Assembly (NCBI GenBank): GCA_965242925.1
Contig: CBDEUM010000014.1
Location: 320,001-384,000 of the forward strand
Direction: 5' to 3'
Source: Roseibacillus sp.
GTDB lineage: Bacteria > Verrucomicrobiota > Verrucomicrobiia > Verrucomicrobiales > Akkermansiaceae
Length of the DNA: 64,000 bases
Part shown: positions 50,509-60,600 of the stretch, piece by piece
How positions within the stretch are numbered: the first letter of the stretch is position 1
How the letters are laid out: every line of letters begins with the position of its first letter
Notes under the pieces: generated by a model
Databases searched by the model: none
Told to the model about the DNA's origin: nothing
The model's input: the letters and a program-made list of their open reading frames with translations, nothing else
Made by a program: the position numbers and the translations under genes

Positions 50509-51123
50509 TCAGCTCCCTGAAGGGCCGGAGAGATGGTCGAGGAGGATCCGGGCACACTCCTCCGCGCCGTGGGTGTCGGTATCGAGCACCAGTTCGGCTT
50601 CGTCTCCGGGTTCTTCAAATTCGCTGTCCCTGCCCGTGAACTGCTCGATCTGTCCGGCCTCCGCCCTGGCGTAAAGTCCCTTCGGATCACGTTCGGCACA
50701 GGTCGCATACCCGGCCTTGACGAAGACTTCCCGGAAGTCCTCTCCGATGATTCCCCGGGCCAGGGCCCGCAGGTCCCGGCGGGGCGTGATGACCGAAACG
50801 AAGGTGATGATTCCCTGCTCCGCAAAGAGCCTGGCCACCTCTGCATTACGCCGGATGTTCTCCGCCCGGTCGTCATCCGAGAATCCCAGGTTCCGGTTGA
50901 GCCCGGAGCGCAGGTTGTCGCCGTCCAGGATGGTCGTGAAACGTCCCTCCTGGGACAACGCACGCTCCGCGAGGTTCGCGATGGTCGACTTCCCGGATCC
51001 GGAAAGGCCATAGAGCCAGAGCACCGCACCCTGCTGGTCCAGAAGCCGTTCCTTGTCCTCCCGTCCCAGGAAGCGATGAAATTCAGGGTGTATGTTGGTT
51101 GCGGCCATGAAGTCGGTGGGCAC
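50509..51123 (-). CDS. cysC: Adenylyl-sulfate kinase
   Basis: GLSGSGKST, LDGDNLRSGL, DRAENIRR, RDPKGLY, FTG. Confidence 0.96.
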   Translation of the reverse strand: MPTDFMAATNIHPEFHRFLGREDKERLLDQQGAVLWLYGLSGSGKSTIANLAERALSQEGRFTTILDGDNLRSGLNRNLGFSDDDRAENIRRNAEVARLFAEQGIITFVSVITPRRDLRALARGIIGEDFREVFVKAGYATCAERDPKGLYARAEAGQIEQFTGRDSEFEEPGDEAELVLDTDTHGAEECARILLDHLSGPSGS

Positions 51124-51126
51124 GGT

Positions 51127-51372
51127 TCACGAGCGGCTGGCGGCCTCGCGAATCATCCCGCGGGGCACAATCTGCCACAGTCGTTCGTGAAGATAGTAGA
51201 CGAGGAACTTGGCGAAAAACTCGATTCCCCCAATGGCGAGGGCAGGCCTGATATCGCGGTAGACCAGCCAGGCGATCAGGATGGTGGTAATGGTCGCGAT
51301 CACCCGCCAGCTCAGCGCCTTCAGCAGGCTCCGCACGTTGGACTCCTTCTGCATCTCACTTTCCATCGTCAT
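51127..51372 (-). CDS. DUF2061 domain small membrane protein
   Basis: ESNVRSLLKALSWR...YYLHERLW; ATG overlaps the upstream stop (ATGA). Confidence 0.88.
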   Translation of the reverse strand: MTMESEMQKESNVRSLLKALSWRVIATITTILIAWLVYRDIRPALAIGGIEFFAKFLVYYLHERLWQIVPRGMIREAASRS

Positions 51373-52184
51373 TTCTCCAGGGGATATTTCTTGAAATCCA
51401 TCAACTGGGGGAGGATCGCGAAGATGAATCCAGCATTGTTGATCGAGTAGCGGCGCCAGAGGCGACGGGGTTCCTGACACAGGCGGAAGAGCCATTCGAG
51501 GCCCCTGCGCTGCATCCAGCGGGGAGCCTGGTTCACCCTGCCGGTGTGAAAGTCAAAAGCCGCCCCCACGCCGAGCATCATCAGGCCATGGTCCCACCCG
51601 GCACAGAGATCCGGGTGACGGGCCAGGAAGCCGTGCATGAAACGTTCCTGCTTGGGAGTGCTCAGGCCCACCCAGAAAAAGTGGGGTCGGTTTTCCTGCA
51701 GCTGTTCCACGAGGTCCCGTTCCTCCCGGTCTGTCAACTCCCGGAACGGGGGGCACTCGACCCCGACCACCCGGGTGCCCGGAAACCGCTTCTGCATGCG
51801 TCCGCCCAGTTCGGCGGCCACTCCCTGATTGCCTCCCCAGAAGAAATGCCCGCGACCACTTCCGGCGCTGGCGCGCACCACATCAATCATCAGATCGGGG
51901 CCGTAGACGCGACCCACGGAATCGTGTCCGTTCCAGTGGGCCATCCAGACCATGGGCATCCCGTCCGGGGTTGATAGGTAGGAGCGATTGTGGATGCGCT
52001 TGAGTTCCACGTCGCGCTGCGACTCCATCACTCCGTGCACTCCTGTCACCGTGACGTAACCGCTGAATCCCTTCCGGTCCGCACCCTCAAGCACCTCCTT
52101 TACTGCACGCGGCATGTTCAGGGTGCTGATCCCCACCCCGAGCACATTGATCCGCTCGATTCCCCTGGAAGTGTCCCTGCTCAT
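51369..52184 (-). CDS. WecB/TagA/CpsF (GT26) glycosyltransferase
   Basis: PDGMPMVW, RVYGPDLM, WVGLSTPKQE, GVGAAFDF, GLEWLFRL..EPRRLWRRY. Confidence 0.92.
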   Translation of the reverse strand: MSRDTSRGIERINVLGVGISTLNMPRAVKEVLEGADRKGFSGYVTVTGVHGVMESQRDVELKRIHNRSYLSTPDGMPMVWMAHWNGHDSVGRVYGPDLMIDVVRASAGSGRGHFFWGGNQGVAAELGGRMQKRFPGTRVVGVECPPFRELTDREERDLVEQLQENRPHFFWVGLSTPKQERFMHGFLARHPDLCAGWDHGLMMLGVGAAFDFHTGRVNQAPRWMQRRGLEWLFRLCQEPRRLWRRYSINNAGFIFAILPQLMDFKKYPLEK

Positions 52185-52206
52185 GCTGATTCGTCGCCGT
52201 CGAATC

Positions 52207-53208
52207 TCAGTCAACCACGACCTCGCCACGCTTGCGGCGTTCGTATTGCTCCTTGATCCAGTGATAGGTCTTCTCCAGCCCGGTGGCCAGATTGACCTCC
52301 GGTTCCCAGCCAAGGGTTTCCCGGATGAGGGTGTTGTCCGAGTTGCGCCCACGAACCCCCTGCGGCTTGCTCAAGTCGTAGTTCCGGTTGAGTTTGATCC
52401 CGGCAATCCCCTCGATGATCTCAAGCAGGCCGTTGATGCTCACCAGTTCGGCCCGTCCGAGGTTGAGCGGCTCGGAGTGGCCGGATTCCATCAGACGCGC
52501 CATTCCGCCCACGCAATCATTGATGTACATGAAGGATCTCGTCTGCTCGCCATCTCCCCAGATCTCTATCTCGTGATTCCCCGTGTCGGCCGCCTCGATG
52601 ACCTTGCGGCAGAGAGCAGCAGGCGCCTTCTCGCGCCCTCCGACCCAGGTCCCGAAGGGGCCGTAGACGTTATGAAAGCGGAAGACCCGCACGTTGAGGC
52701 CAAAGTCCTCGTGAAAATTCCGGCACATGCGCTCCGAGAAGAGTTTCTCCCACCCATACCCATCTTCCGGTTGCGCGGGATAGGCGTCCGACTCCTTGAG
52801 GGCCATCACGTCGGCGTCGTCCTGCCGGTAGTCCGGGTAAACGCAGGCACTACTGGCGTAAAAGAAGCCCTTCACGCCCAGGTCCCGGGCCCCCATCAGA
52901 AGATGGGTATTGATCAGCACGCTGATCATGCAGAGAGCGCGGTTGAACTCGATAAAGCCCATCCCTCCCATGTTGCAGGCCAGATTATAGACTTCGTCAC
53001 ATCCCTCCATCACCTCGTAGCAGGCCTGTTTTTCCTCCAGGTTGAGAACGTGATTCTCCGCTTCCCCGTGCACCTGGTACCATTGGTCGAGACGTTTGAT
53101 ATCGGCAACCACCACCTGATGGCCCTTTGCCAGCAGCGCCCCCGCCAGGTGTCCCCCGATAAAGCCCCCGCCTCCGGCGATCAGGATTCGTTTATGTTGC
53201 TGGGTCAT
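52207..53208 (-). CDS. NAD-dependent epimerase, GDP-mannose 3,5-epimerase-like
   Basis: GGGGFIG, MGGMGFI, YASSACVYP, YGWEK, GGREKAPAALCRK, GVRGRNSDN. Confidence 0.85.
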   Translation of the reverse strand: MTQQHKRILIAGGGGFIGGHLAGALLAKGHQVVVADIKRLDQWYQVHGEAENHVLNLEEKQACYEVMEGCDEVYNLACNMGGMGFIEFNRALCMISVLINTHLLMGARDLGVKGFFYASSACVYPDYRQDDADVMALKESDAYPAQPEDGYGWEKLFSERMCRNFHEDFGLNVRVFRFHNVYGPFGTWVGGREKAPAALCRKVIEAADTGNHEIEIWGDGEQTRSFMYINDCVGGMARLMESGHSEPLNLGRAELVSINGLLEIIEGIAGIKLNRNYDLSKPQGVRGRNSDNTLIRETLGWEPEVNLATGLEKTYHWIKEQYERRKRGEVVVD

Positions 53209-53215
53209 GGGTGTT

Positions 53216-54016
53216 TCAATCGTTGTGCTTGATGGTGTCCCTCAGCCAGTAACGGATGAAGAGGCAGTTGCTGACGAGGTAACGCTTGAAGAGGCGGCGG
53301 GGCTCCTTCAGCAGGCGGTAAAACCACTCCATGCCAATCCGCTGCATCCAGGCCGGCGCCTGTTTCACTTCCCCGGCATGAAAGGCAAAGGCCGCCCCCA
53401 CTCCGAGATAGACCCCGGGGGGCAACTTGTCCTTGTGGCTGCCGATCCATTTTTCCTGCTTGGGGCATCCCAGTCCCACCCAGATCATGTTGGCCCGGCT
53501 GCTCCGGATCTTATCGGCGATCCGGTCAAACTCGTCCTCCGGCCACTCCCCGAAGGGGGGAGCGTAGCTGCCGACGATCCGCGCCCGGGGACAGTCGTCC
53601 CCGAAGCGTCGCTCCAGTTTTTCCAGGGTACTTTCCCTGCCCCCGAGAAAAAAGTGCCGGATCCCGGTGTCGGCGGAAGATTCCAGCGAGCACAACATGA
53701 GACTCGGTCCGTACACCCGGCCCTTCAGGCGATCCTCCTCCGGAACGCGGTGGTTTACCGCCCACACCAGCGGCATGCCGTCGGGACAGATGAGATCAAA
53801 GCGGTCGATCGCCTTCCGGAATTCCGGTTCATGCTGCGAGAGGGAGACCACGTGCGCGTTGGCCGCCTCCACCGCATAGGCGGCGTCCCCCGCCTCGGCC
53901 CAGCGATGGATCAGCTCAACCGCGAGGCCATAGTCGAGCAGGGCCACCGGTAACCCGCAAAAGGGAACCGTTTTGATGCCGGCCCTGGCGGCCGCGTCTG
54001 ACTGGTCTGCACCCAC
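53216..54016 (-). CDS. WecB/TagA/CpsF (GT26) glycosyltransferase
   Basis: PDGMPLVW, RVYGP, WVGLGCPKQE, GVGAAF, GMEWFYRL..EPRRLFKRY. Confidence 0.92.
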   Translation of the reverse strand: MGADQSDAAARAGIKTVPFCGLPVALLDYGLAVELIHRWAEAGDAAYAVEAANAHVVSLSQHEPEFRKAIDRFDLICPDGMPLVWAVNHRVPEEDRLKGRVYGPSLMLCSLESSADTGIRHFFLGGRESTLEKLERRFGDDCPRARIVGSYAPPFGEWPEDEFDRIADKIRSSRANMIWVGLGCPKQEKWIGSHKDKLPPGVYLGVGAAFAFHAGEVKQAPAWMQRIGMEWFYRLLKEPRRLFKRYLVSNCLFIRYWLRDTIKHND

Positions 54017-55030
54017 TTAGCCGGTAGCTTCCGCAATCTTTTTCTCCCGTTCCGCAAGTTCCAGGTCCGCATCCACCATGATCCGCACCAGGTCCTTGAA
54101 CTTGACCTTCGGTTCCCATCCCAGCTGGGCCTTGGCCTTGGAGGCATCCCCAACGAGCATGTCAACCTCGGCCGGACGCTCGTAGCGGGCGTCGTAGTCA
54201 ACCACGGCCTCCCAGTCGAGAGAGAGATAACCGAAGACTTCCTCCACGAACTCGCGGACCGAATGGGTCTCCCCGGTGGCCACCACATAGTCATCCGGGG
54301 TCTCCTGCTGCAGCATGAGCCACATCATTTCGACGTACTCCTTCGCATAACCCCAGTCCCGCTTGGCATCGAGGTTCCCGAGGTAGAGCTTGTCCTGCAG
54401 GCCTGTCTTGATCCGGGTGGCGGCCCGGGTGATCTTGCGGGTGACGAACGTCTCCCCCCGACGCGGAGACTCATGGTTGAACAGAATCCCGCTACTTGCA
54501 TGCATGCCATAGGACTCGCGGTAGTTCACGGTAAGCCAGTGCCCGTAAACCTTCGCGCAGGCGTAGGGAGAGCGCGGCCAGAAGGGCGTCCCCTCGGATT
54601 GGGGGATGGCCTGCACCTTCCCGTACATTTCCGATGAGGAGGCCTGATAGTAGCGCACCTTGTCGATGAGACCGGTCTGGCGAATGGTCTCCAGGAGCCG
54701 CTGGGTTCCCAGGCCCACCACGTCCCCGGTATATTCCGGCTGGTCAAAGCTCACCCGCACGTGGCTCTGCGCCCCGAGGTTGTAGATTTCATCCGGCCGG
54801 GTCTCGTTCAGGAGGCGAGCCAGGTTCGTTCCATCTGCCAGATCGCCGTGGTGGAGAATGAGGCGAGCATCTTCCTCCTGCCGCTCCCGGTAGAGATGGT
54901 CAATGCGCTCGGTGTTGAAACTGGAAGACCGGCGGATGATCCCGTGAACTTCGTAGCCTTTTTCCAAGAGGAGCTCGGCGAGGTAGGAGCCGTCCTGCCC
55001 CGTGATTCCGGTGATTAACGCTTTTTTCAT
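54017..55030 (-). CDS. gmd: GDP-mannose 4,6-dehydratase
   Basis: [53 protein letters not shown]. Confidence 0.97.
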   Translation of the reverse strand: MKKALITGITGQDGSYLAELLLEKGYEVHGIIRRSSSFNTERIDHLYRERQEEDARLILHHGDLADGTNLARLLNETRPDEIYNLGAQSHVRVSFDQPEYTGDVVGLGTQRLLETIRQTGLIDKVRYYQASSSEMYGKVQAIPQSEGTPFWPRSPYACAKVYGHWLTVNYRESYGMHASSGILFNHESPRRGETFVTRKITRAATRIKTGLQDKLYLGNLDAKRDWGYAKEYVEMMWLMLQQETPDDYVVATGETHSVREFVEEVFGYLSLDWEAVVDYDARYERPAEVDMLVGDASKAKAQLGWEPKVKFKDLVRIMVDADLELAEREKKIAEATG

Positions 55031-55052
55031 AAAATCTGGCTGGGTCTGCAAT

Positions 55053-55991
55053 TCACCCTGTCCGCACCGACCCCGCTGCGCGTTCGGCCAGGAAACAGTC
55101 GTAGGTGATCCGGAGCCCCTCCTCCAGGGAGACGGTCGGTTCCCATCCGGTCTTCTTCATCCGGGAGACATCCATGAGCTTGCGAGGCGTCCCATCCGGC
55201 TTGGAAGGATCGGTGAGAATATCGCCCTTGAATCCCACGGTCCGCCCAATCGCGGTGGCAAGGTCAAGAATGCTCACCTCGCTCCCCGAGCCGACATTGA
55301 CCCAGTCCGGCGGATCCTCCTCGTCGAGGAGGTGAAAGCAGGCCCGGGCGAGGTCGTCGACATGCAGAAACTCCCGCCGCGGCGTGCCCGTGCCCCAGAT
55401 GACCACCTCCCTGGCATTCTCCTCCTTGGCCTCGTGGAAACGGCGGAGCAGGGCCGGGATCACATGCGAGTTCTCCGGGTGATAATTGTCGCCCGGCCCA
55501 TAGAGATTGGTCGGCATGGCGGAATGATAGAGCACCCCATACTGGGCCCGGTAGTGCTGGCACAGTTTCAGCCCGGCAATCTTCGCCACTGCATACGCTT
55601 CATTGGTAGGTTCCAGGGGACCACTGAGCAGACAGGATTCCGGCATGGGCTGGGGCGCCTGCTTCGGGTAGATGCACGAACTCCCCAGGAAGAGCACCCG
55701 CCTCACTCCCGCCTGGTAGGAGCCGTGGATCAGGTTGGCGGCAATGGTGAGGTTCTGGTAGACGAACTCCGCAGGGTAGGTGCTGTTAGCGACAATCCCA
55801 CCAACCTTCGCGGCTGCGATGATGACCTGGTCCGGTCGTTCCCTCCCGAGAAACTCAAAGACCGCCTGCTGGTCACAGAGGTCGAGTTCGGCCCGGGACC
55901 GGAGCAGGAGTTCGACCTCCCCCACCGCCGGAGTGGCCCGGACCAGCGCCGCCCCCACCATGCCCCGGTGACCAGTAATAAAGAGCTTCAC
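55053..55991 (-). CDS. fcl: GDP-L-fucose synthase
   Basis: [52 protein letters not shown] start at 55991. Confidence 0.96.
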   Translation of the reverse strand: MKLFITGHRGMVGAALVRATPAVGEVELLLRSRAELDLCDQQAVFEFLGRERPDQVIIAAAKVGGIVANSTYPAEFVYQNLTIAANLIHGSYQAGVRRVLFLGSSCIYPKQAPQPMPESCLLSGPLEPTNEAYAVAKIAGLKLCQHYRAQYGVLYHSAMPTNLYGPGDNYHPENSHVIPALLRRFHEAKEENAREVVIWGTGTPRREFLHVDDLARACFHLLDEEDPPDWVNVGSGSEVSILDLATAIGRTVGFKGDILTDPSKPDGTPRKLMDVSRMKKTGWEPTVSLEEGLRITYDCFLAERAAGSVRTG

Positions 55992-55997
55992 CTTCTC

Positions 55998-56116
55998 TCT
56001 GAATAAGTTGTGGATAAGTTTGGGGTGGCCCACCGGCTCATCACGCTGCCGCCCTTGGTCGTTTGGACTCCAGCGAAGTCAAGACCTTCAAGAGATGCCT
56101 GAAGCGGTGTGAATAA
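55998..56116 (-). promoter_or_regulatory. Three co-oriented DnaA-box-like 9-mers
   Basis: Minus strand TTATCCACA (56009-56017), TTATTCACA (56108-56116) and TTATTCAGA (55998-56006, one mismatch to TTATNCACA); each preceded by AAC. Confidence 0.55.
56042..56053 (-). promoter_or_regulatory. ops-like element for an RfaH-type antiterminator
   Basis: GGCGGCAGCGTG, 11/12 match to ops GGCGGTAGCGTG, on the coding strand 50 nt upstream of fcl and downstream of the NusG paralog. Confidence 0.65.
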
Positions 56117-56167
56117 GTTGGCCACCTGCCGCACGTTGCAGGGGAAAGACACCCAATGGGGCAATCA

Positions 56168-56205
56168 GTTCAAGAAAATATGAACGAATTCAGAAAAAAA
56201 TGAAC
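56168..56205. promoter_or_regulatory. Tandem palindromic operators TTCA-N8-TGAA
   Basis: GTTCA-AGAAAATA-TGAAC (56168-56185) and TTCA-GAAAAAAA-TGAAC (56189-56205), 20 bp period. Confidence 0.7.
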
Positions 56206-56218
56206 TCTTCGGGGCCCC

Positions 56219-56788
56219 CTAATCGATTTCTTCCTGCTGTGGGAGGGGCTTTCGCGGCAAAAGCAGCGAAAAAAGGTCCACCTCGACCGGCTGGCTCTGC
56301 CCGAGGAATTCGACAAAAATCCGCACTCTCTCTTCCGCTGGACGAACCTCGATCACCGTCCCGGTCATGCCTTTCAGGGGGCCATCCACCAGTTCCACTT
56401 CGTCGCCCGGTTCTGCCACCGGCTGCAGGGTGATGAGCTCCTTTCGCTCCCCGTCCCGGACCAATTCGGCCCTGAGATCTTCAACGAAGCGGGCGGGCAC
56501 GGTGGGGATGTGCTCACCAAACCGCAGGATCCGGCTCACTCCTTTGGCATAGCTGACAGCTCGTTCCTGTTCCCCCAGCACGAAACGGGCAAGCAGATAG
56601 CCTGGGAAGAGAGGCTCAATCCACCAGACCTTCCCACGCCGGGTTGCTTTCTTATAACGAAGCCGGGGGCAAACCACCTCAATCTGCCCCAACTCCCTCA
56701 AGGATGCAGCGGCAATATGCTCACGCTTGATCTGCGTCCTGAGACAGTACCACGCCGCTTCCTCTCGTTGTTCCCCGGCCATCGTCAT
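56219..56788 (-). CDS. NusG paralog, RfaH/UpxY-like transcription antiterminator
   Basis: WYCLRT...E, PLFPGYL, GVSRILRFG, KOW motif GDEVELVDGPLKGMTG; sits at the head of a polysaccharide operon. Confidence 0.9.
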   Translation of the reverse strand: MTMAGEQREEAAWYCLRTQIKREHIAAASLRELGQIEVVCPRLRYKKATRRGKVWWIEPLFPGYLLARFVLGEQERAVSYAKGVSRILRFGEHIPTVPARFVEDLRAELVRDGERKELITLQPVAEPGDEVELVDGPLKGMTGTVIEVRPAEERVRIFVEFLGQSQPVEVDLFSLLLPRKPLPQQEEID

Positions 56789-57294
56789 TCTCCCAACACC
56801 CGCTGGACCAACGGCATGAGGAGCTTGGCCTGCTTCAGCCAGCGCTCCAGTTTCTTGACCCGCTCCTCATAGAAGGCCTGCTGGGCGGCATCGCCTTCCT
56901 TCATTACTTCGGTCTCAAGGACCTTGATGCGCTCCTTCCCGCTGTCGAGGTGCGGACGCAGTTGCTCACGAATGAAACCTCCCACCAGTTTCTTCAATTT
57001 GATGTCCGCTTCAAAATACGTCCGCCGCGCATCCGGACCGGCAACTTCCCGAAAGGCCCCCAGCGTCCGCAGGAATTTGAGGCCCTGGCTCGCAGACCCC
57101 TTGGAAATCCCAAGACGCTTTACCAGATCATCAAGGGAGAGAGGCTCCCGGGAAATAAACAGGAGCCCGTAGATCTCGCCGATGGAACGGGGCAACCCGG
57201 CCACCCGGACTCCATCCGCAAAAAGCGAAACCACCTGCTTCTCGATCTCCACGAGGCTCTTGGACTCATCGTCAGGCACGGCATTATCCTGCAC
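56785..57294 (-). CDS. GbsR/MarR family transcriptional regulator
   Basis: GLPRSIGEIYGLLFIS..PLSLDDL...LGISKGSASQGLKFL...RRTYFEA. Start uncertain (GTG 57294 or 57279, TTG 57315). Confidence 0.88.
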   Translation of the reverse strand: MQDNAVPDDESKSLVEIEKQVVSLFADGVRVAGLPRSIGEIYGLLFISREPLSLDDLVKRLGISKGSASQGLKFLRTLGAFREVAGPDARRTYFEADIKLKKLVGGFIREQLRPHLDSGKERIKVLETEVMKEGDAAQQAFYEERVKKLERWLKQAKLLMPLVQRVLGE

Positions 57295-57308
57295 ACAGGT
57301 CGACCTAT

Positions 57309-57328
57309 AGTTCAATTTTTTTTGAACT
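57309..57328. promoter_or_regulatory. Palindromic operator at the GbsR-like gene (probable autoregulation)
   Basis: AGTTCA-ATTTTTTT-TGAACT, a perfect 6-8-6 inverted repeat with the same core as the 56168-56205 sites. Confidence 0.72.
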
Positions 57329-57493
57329 CGATGGAAGACCTAACGGTTATGCCGGGATCAATCCCAGTGAAGGTGCGAATCCCCGGTATCAGGCAAGGGA
57401 AGGTGTCATCAGGGCGGGGTAGAACAGCGCCGCCGGGAACGAAAGACCCAGGATTATCACCCTTCCGGGTGAGCCCCCGGGAGATCGCTATGG

Positions 57494-57520
57494 TTTATAC
57501 ATATTTATTATAATATTTTG
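57494..57520. promoter_or_regulatory. AT-rich divergent promoter region
   Basis: TTTATACATATTTATTATAATATTTTG; palindromic ATTATAAT (57507-57514) gives TATAAT on both strands between divergent genes. Confidence 0.45.
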
Positions 57521-57601
57521 TAGACATTCCGGATTTTTTTGCAAAATTTCAGGACCCCTCTTTCCATAATCGCGAACTGGGCCTTTCCCCCCCTCATCCC
57601 C

Positions 57602-60600
57602 ATGTTCCCCCCCAAAAGATCCATCTGCACCATCCTCTCCCTTGGTCTCCTGTCCTCTGTCGCGGCAGGGACTGACTTTCACGTGGCTCCCCCTCCCCTC
57701 GGCGACAATGCCAACCCGGGCACCCTGGCTCAGCCATTCGCCACGATTACCCATGCCGAACTACAGACGGCGGCGGGAGACACCGTCCACCTGCACGAGG
57801 GCATCTATCGTGAATTTGTTCTTTTCCGGAGTGCGGGGACTCCTGCCGCCCCCATCACCTACCAACCTTACAACGACGGCTCGGGACCGGACAAGGTAAC
57901 CGTTTCCGGCTTCGATCCCATCACGCCCGGCAGTAACGGGGCCGGTCATTGGCAAGTCCACGACGGCTCCATCTACAAGATCCAGCTCAGCCCAAGCTAT
58001 GGTTTGATCCCCGGCGCATCCACAATCCTCATTGACGGGATTGTCCAGAAACTCGCCCGCTGGCCCAATGCTCCTTCCCCTTATGATTTCCACTGGAACA
58101 ACATGGCTTCTCCCCAGGGAGCAGCTCACGACCCTTCTTCAGAAGGCCCCGAGCCTCCGTATTCAGGAACCTTCTTCACTGCCACCTACACGGACGCCGA
58201 GCTTCCCGGGGAGGGGCCAAACGAGTGGCTGGGAGCTCGGATTGACACCAGCCCGGGGACGGGAGTCTTTCGAGATACCGGGCTTGTGATTGGCTCCGAG
58301 GCCGGGGGGCTCACCTTCCGTTACCGGCCCTACCTCCAATCGACCGCATTCGTTTCTGAAGCGGATCCCTATTTTCTCTGGAATCACCTGAGGGCCCTGG
58401 ATCAGGAAGGGGAGTACTTCTACGACATCGAGGGAGTAAGCGGCCCCCCTCACACTCTCTATCTCCACGCACCCGGCGGGACTTCTCCCGCCGGGCACCG
58501 AGTCGAAATCAAGAGCCGCCAATACTCCTTCGATCTGAACTGGTCCCGTAACGTTCACATCAGGGAACTCGAGTTCCTGGGGGGAGGGATCAGGTGCCCT
58601 GTCTCCAGTTCCCATATCTCCATGGATGACCTCGTTCTCCGCTATTGTGGATCGGGGCTGAACTCCCTGTGGACGGGCCGGGCGGCGATCTGGATCAAGG
58701 GAGACGGGCACAAGGTCCTCAACAGCTGCATCGATTCTTCATACGGAGGAGGCCTGATCACCCTGGGAACCAATACGGAACTTAAGAACAACGTTATCCG
58801 GGATTGCCTGCTTTACGGGATTGCCTCCTGGGAAAGTTCCAATGCCACCGTGCACCACAACACCACCTTCGGAATCGGCAGTGAAAACATCCACATGTAT
58901 TCCCCCGCCGGGACGTTCAACTACAACCATTGCTACCATGGCGGCAAGCGGGTGACGGACTCCGCGAGCATGAACTCAAATTACAACGGTGACCTGCAGG
59001 GGATGGAAGTCGCCTACAACTGGGTGCACACAAACGTGGCCCGCCGCAATGACGATCATCAATGGGGCGGGGGACGGGGAATCCGGATGGATACCAGCCC
59101 CTCCAACGTCTTCATCCATCATAATCTGATCTGGGGAATCTCCGCCCCCACTCTCAGCCTCATGCTCTGGGCCCTTGATTCCAACCAGGTCAACTACCAG
59201 AACAGCATGCAACGGGTTTACAACAATACCATCGACGGCCAGATCCACATCGCCGGGAACGGGAGTATTGGCGGGATCGATGTGAGGAACAACATCTGCA
59301 CTGAAATCAGGGAATTCGGGACCGACCCCGACCCCCATATCGTCCGGAACAACTTCCTCACCATTGGAAAATTCGAAGACCGCTGGCCCGGAAACACCAT
59401 CGACAGCTCCCTGTTTGTCTCGGCTCCCACCGGGAATTTCGAACTACTGGAGGACTCCAGAGCCATCGATGCCGGCGAAAACATCCCGGGAGTTACTTAC
59501 GGAACGGTTCATGGCATCGCCCCTGACATTGGAGCTCTCGAATACGATGGGGACTCGAATCCTCATTGGAGTGCCGGCGCCATTCTCCGTCCCGGAGATG
59601 CTCGAAACCTCATGTTTTCCCTGCTCAAAAAACCCAATGGCGATCATTACCTTGTCGCTTCAGGCATGCCTGAAGGAAGAATCCCCCCCAGGGAATTCAC
59701 GGTCCGGCTGGGGGGCGTCGTGACCCTTGCCGACCACCGGTTGATCTACTCCACGCAGTCTCACACCGGCGAAGCCTACTTCAGGATCGAAGAGGACAAT
59801 CTCTCGGGAGTGATACCCGTAGAATTCTCCCTCGATGGAGTTACATACCAGAATCACGGTGATACCGTTGAATTCAGCGGTCCCTCCCTTTCGATCGATT
59901 CTATCGACGTTACATCCTCCACTTCCTCGGGTGGATCTCTCCATACCATTTCGGGACAGGGTTTCGGATCGACACGCTGGACCGTCCCGCTACGGATGGA
60001 GAATATCGTTGGAGATGACCTGAGCCGTGCCCCCGTGCCCATCGTTTTCAACACCAGAGAGCACATCGAAAAGAATCGCATGAACCCCGATTGTTCTGAT
60101 CTGCGGGTCGTGCACTGGGAAACCGGCAGGGAACTGAGTTACTGGGTGGAATCAGGAGCAAATTCCGAGAACACCCTGCTCTGGGTAAAGTTCGGGGAAG
60201 ATTCCGCCCTGTCCGACAGATTCAGTCACATCGATGAATCGGGCTACTATCTCTCCTTCGGGGATCCTGACCGCCAATCCGCATCCGATCCGTCAATCAT
60301 CTACAATTACTTCCCGGAATTCCTCGACGGCGAACTACGGGTGTGGGCCTCCGCCAACCGCCTGGCTGAACAACTCAACCACGGTGACGCCATCGCTTCC
60401 TGGGGCTGCAGTGATCAAGCCACCACGCTTACTCAACCCGACCCCAATTCCCGGCCATTCCTGAAACTTGATCAACTCAACGGTCTGCCTGCCGCCTGTT
60501 TCAACGGCGCCGACTATCTTCACATCAACGACTTCCCCGCCACGGTGCGGGGGGGATTGACCGTCTTCGCGGTGACCAAGGCTCATCCTTCTCATGATCC

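Noticed and set aside
55998..56210. Calling this region oriC
   Set aside because: Only three boxes, no clear unwinding element, and no dnaA/dnaN/gidA context; kept only as a possibility.
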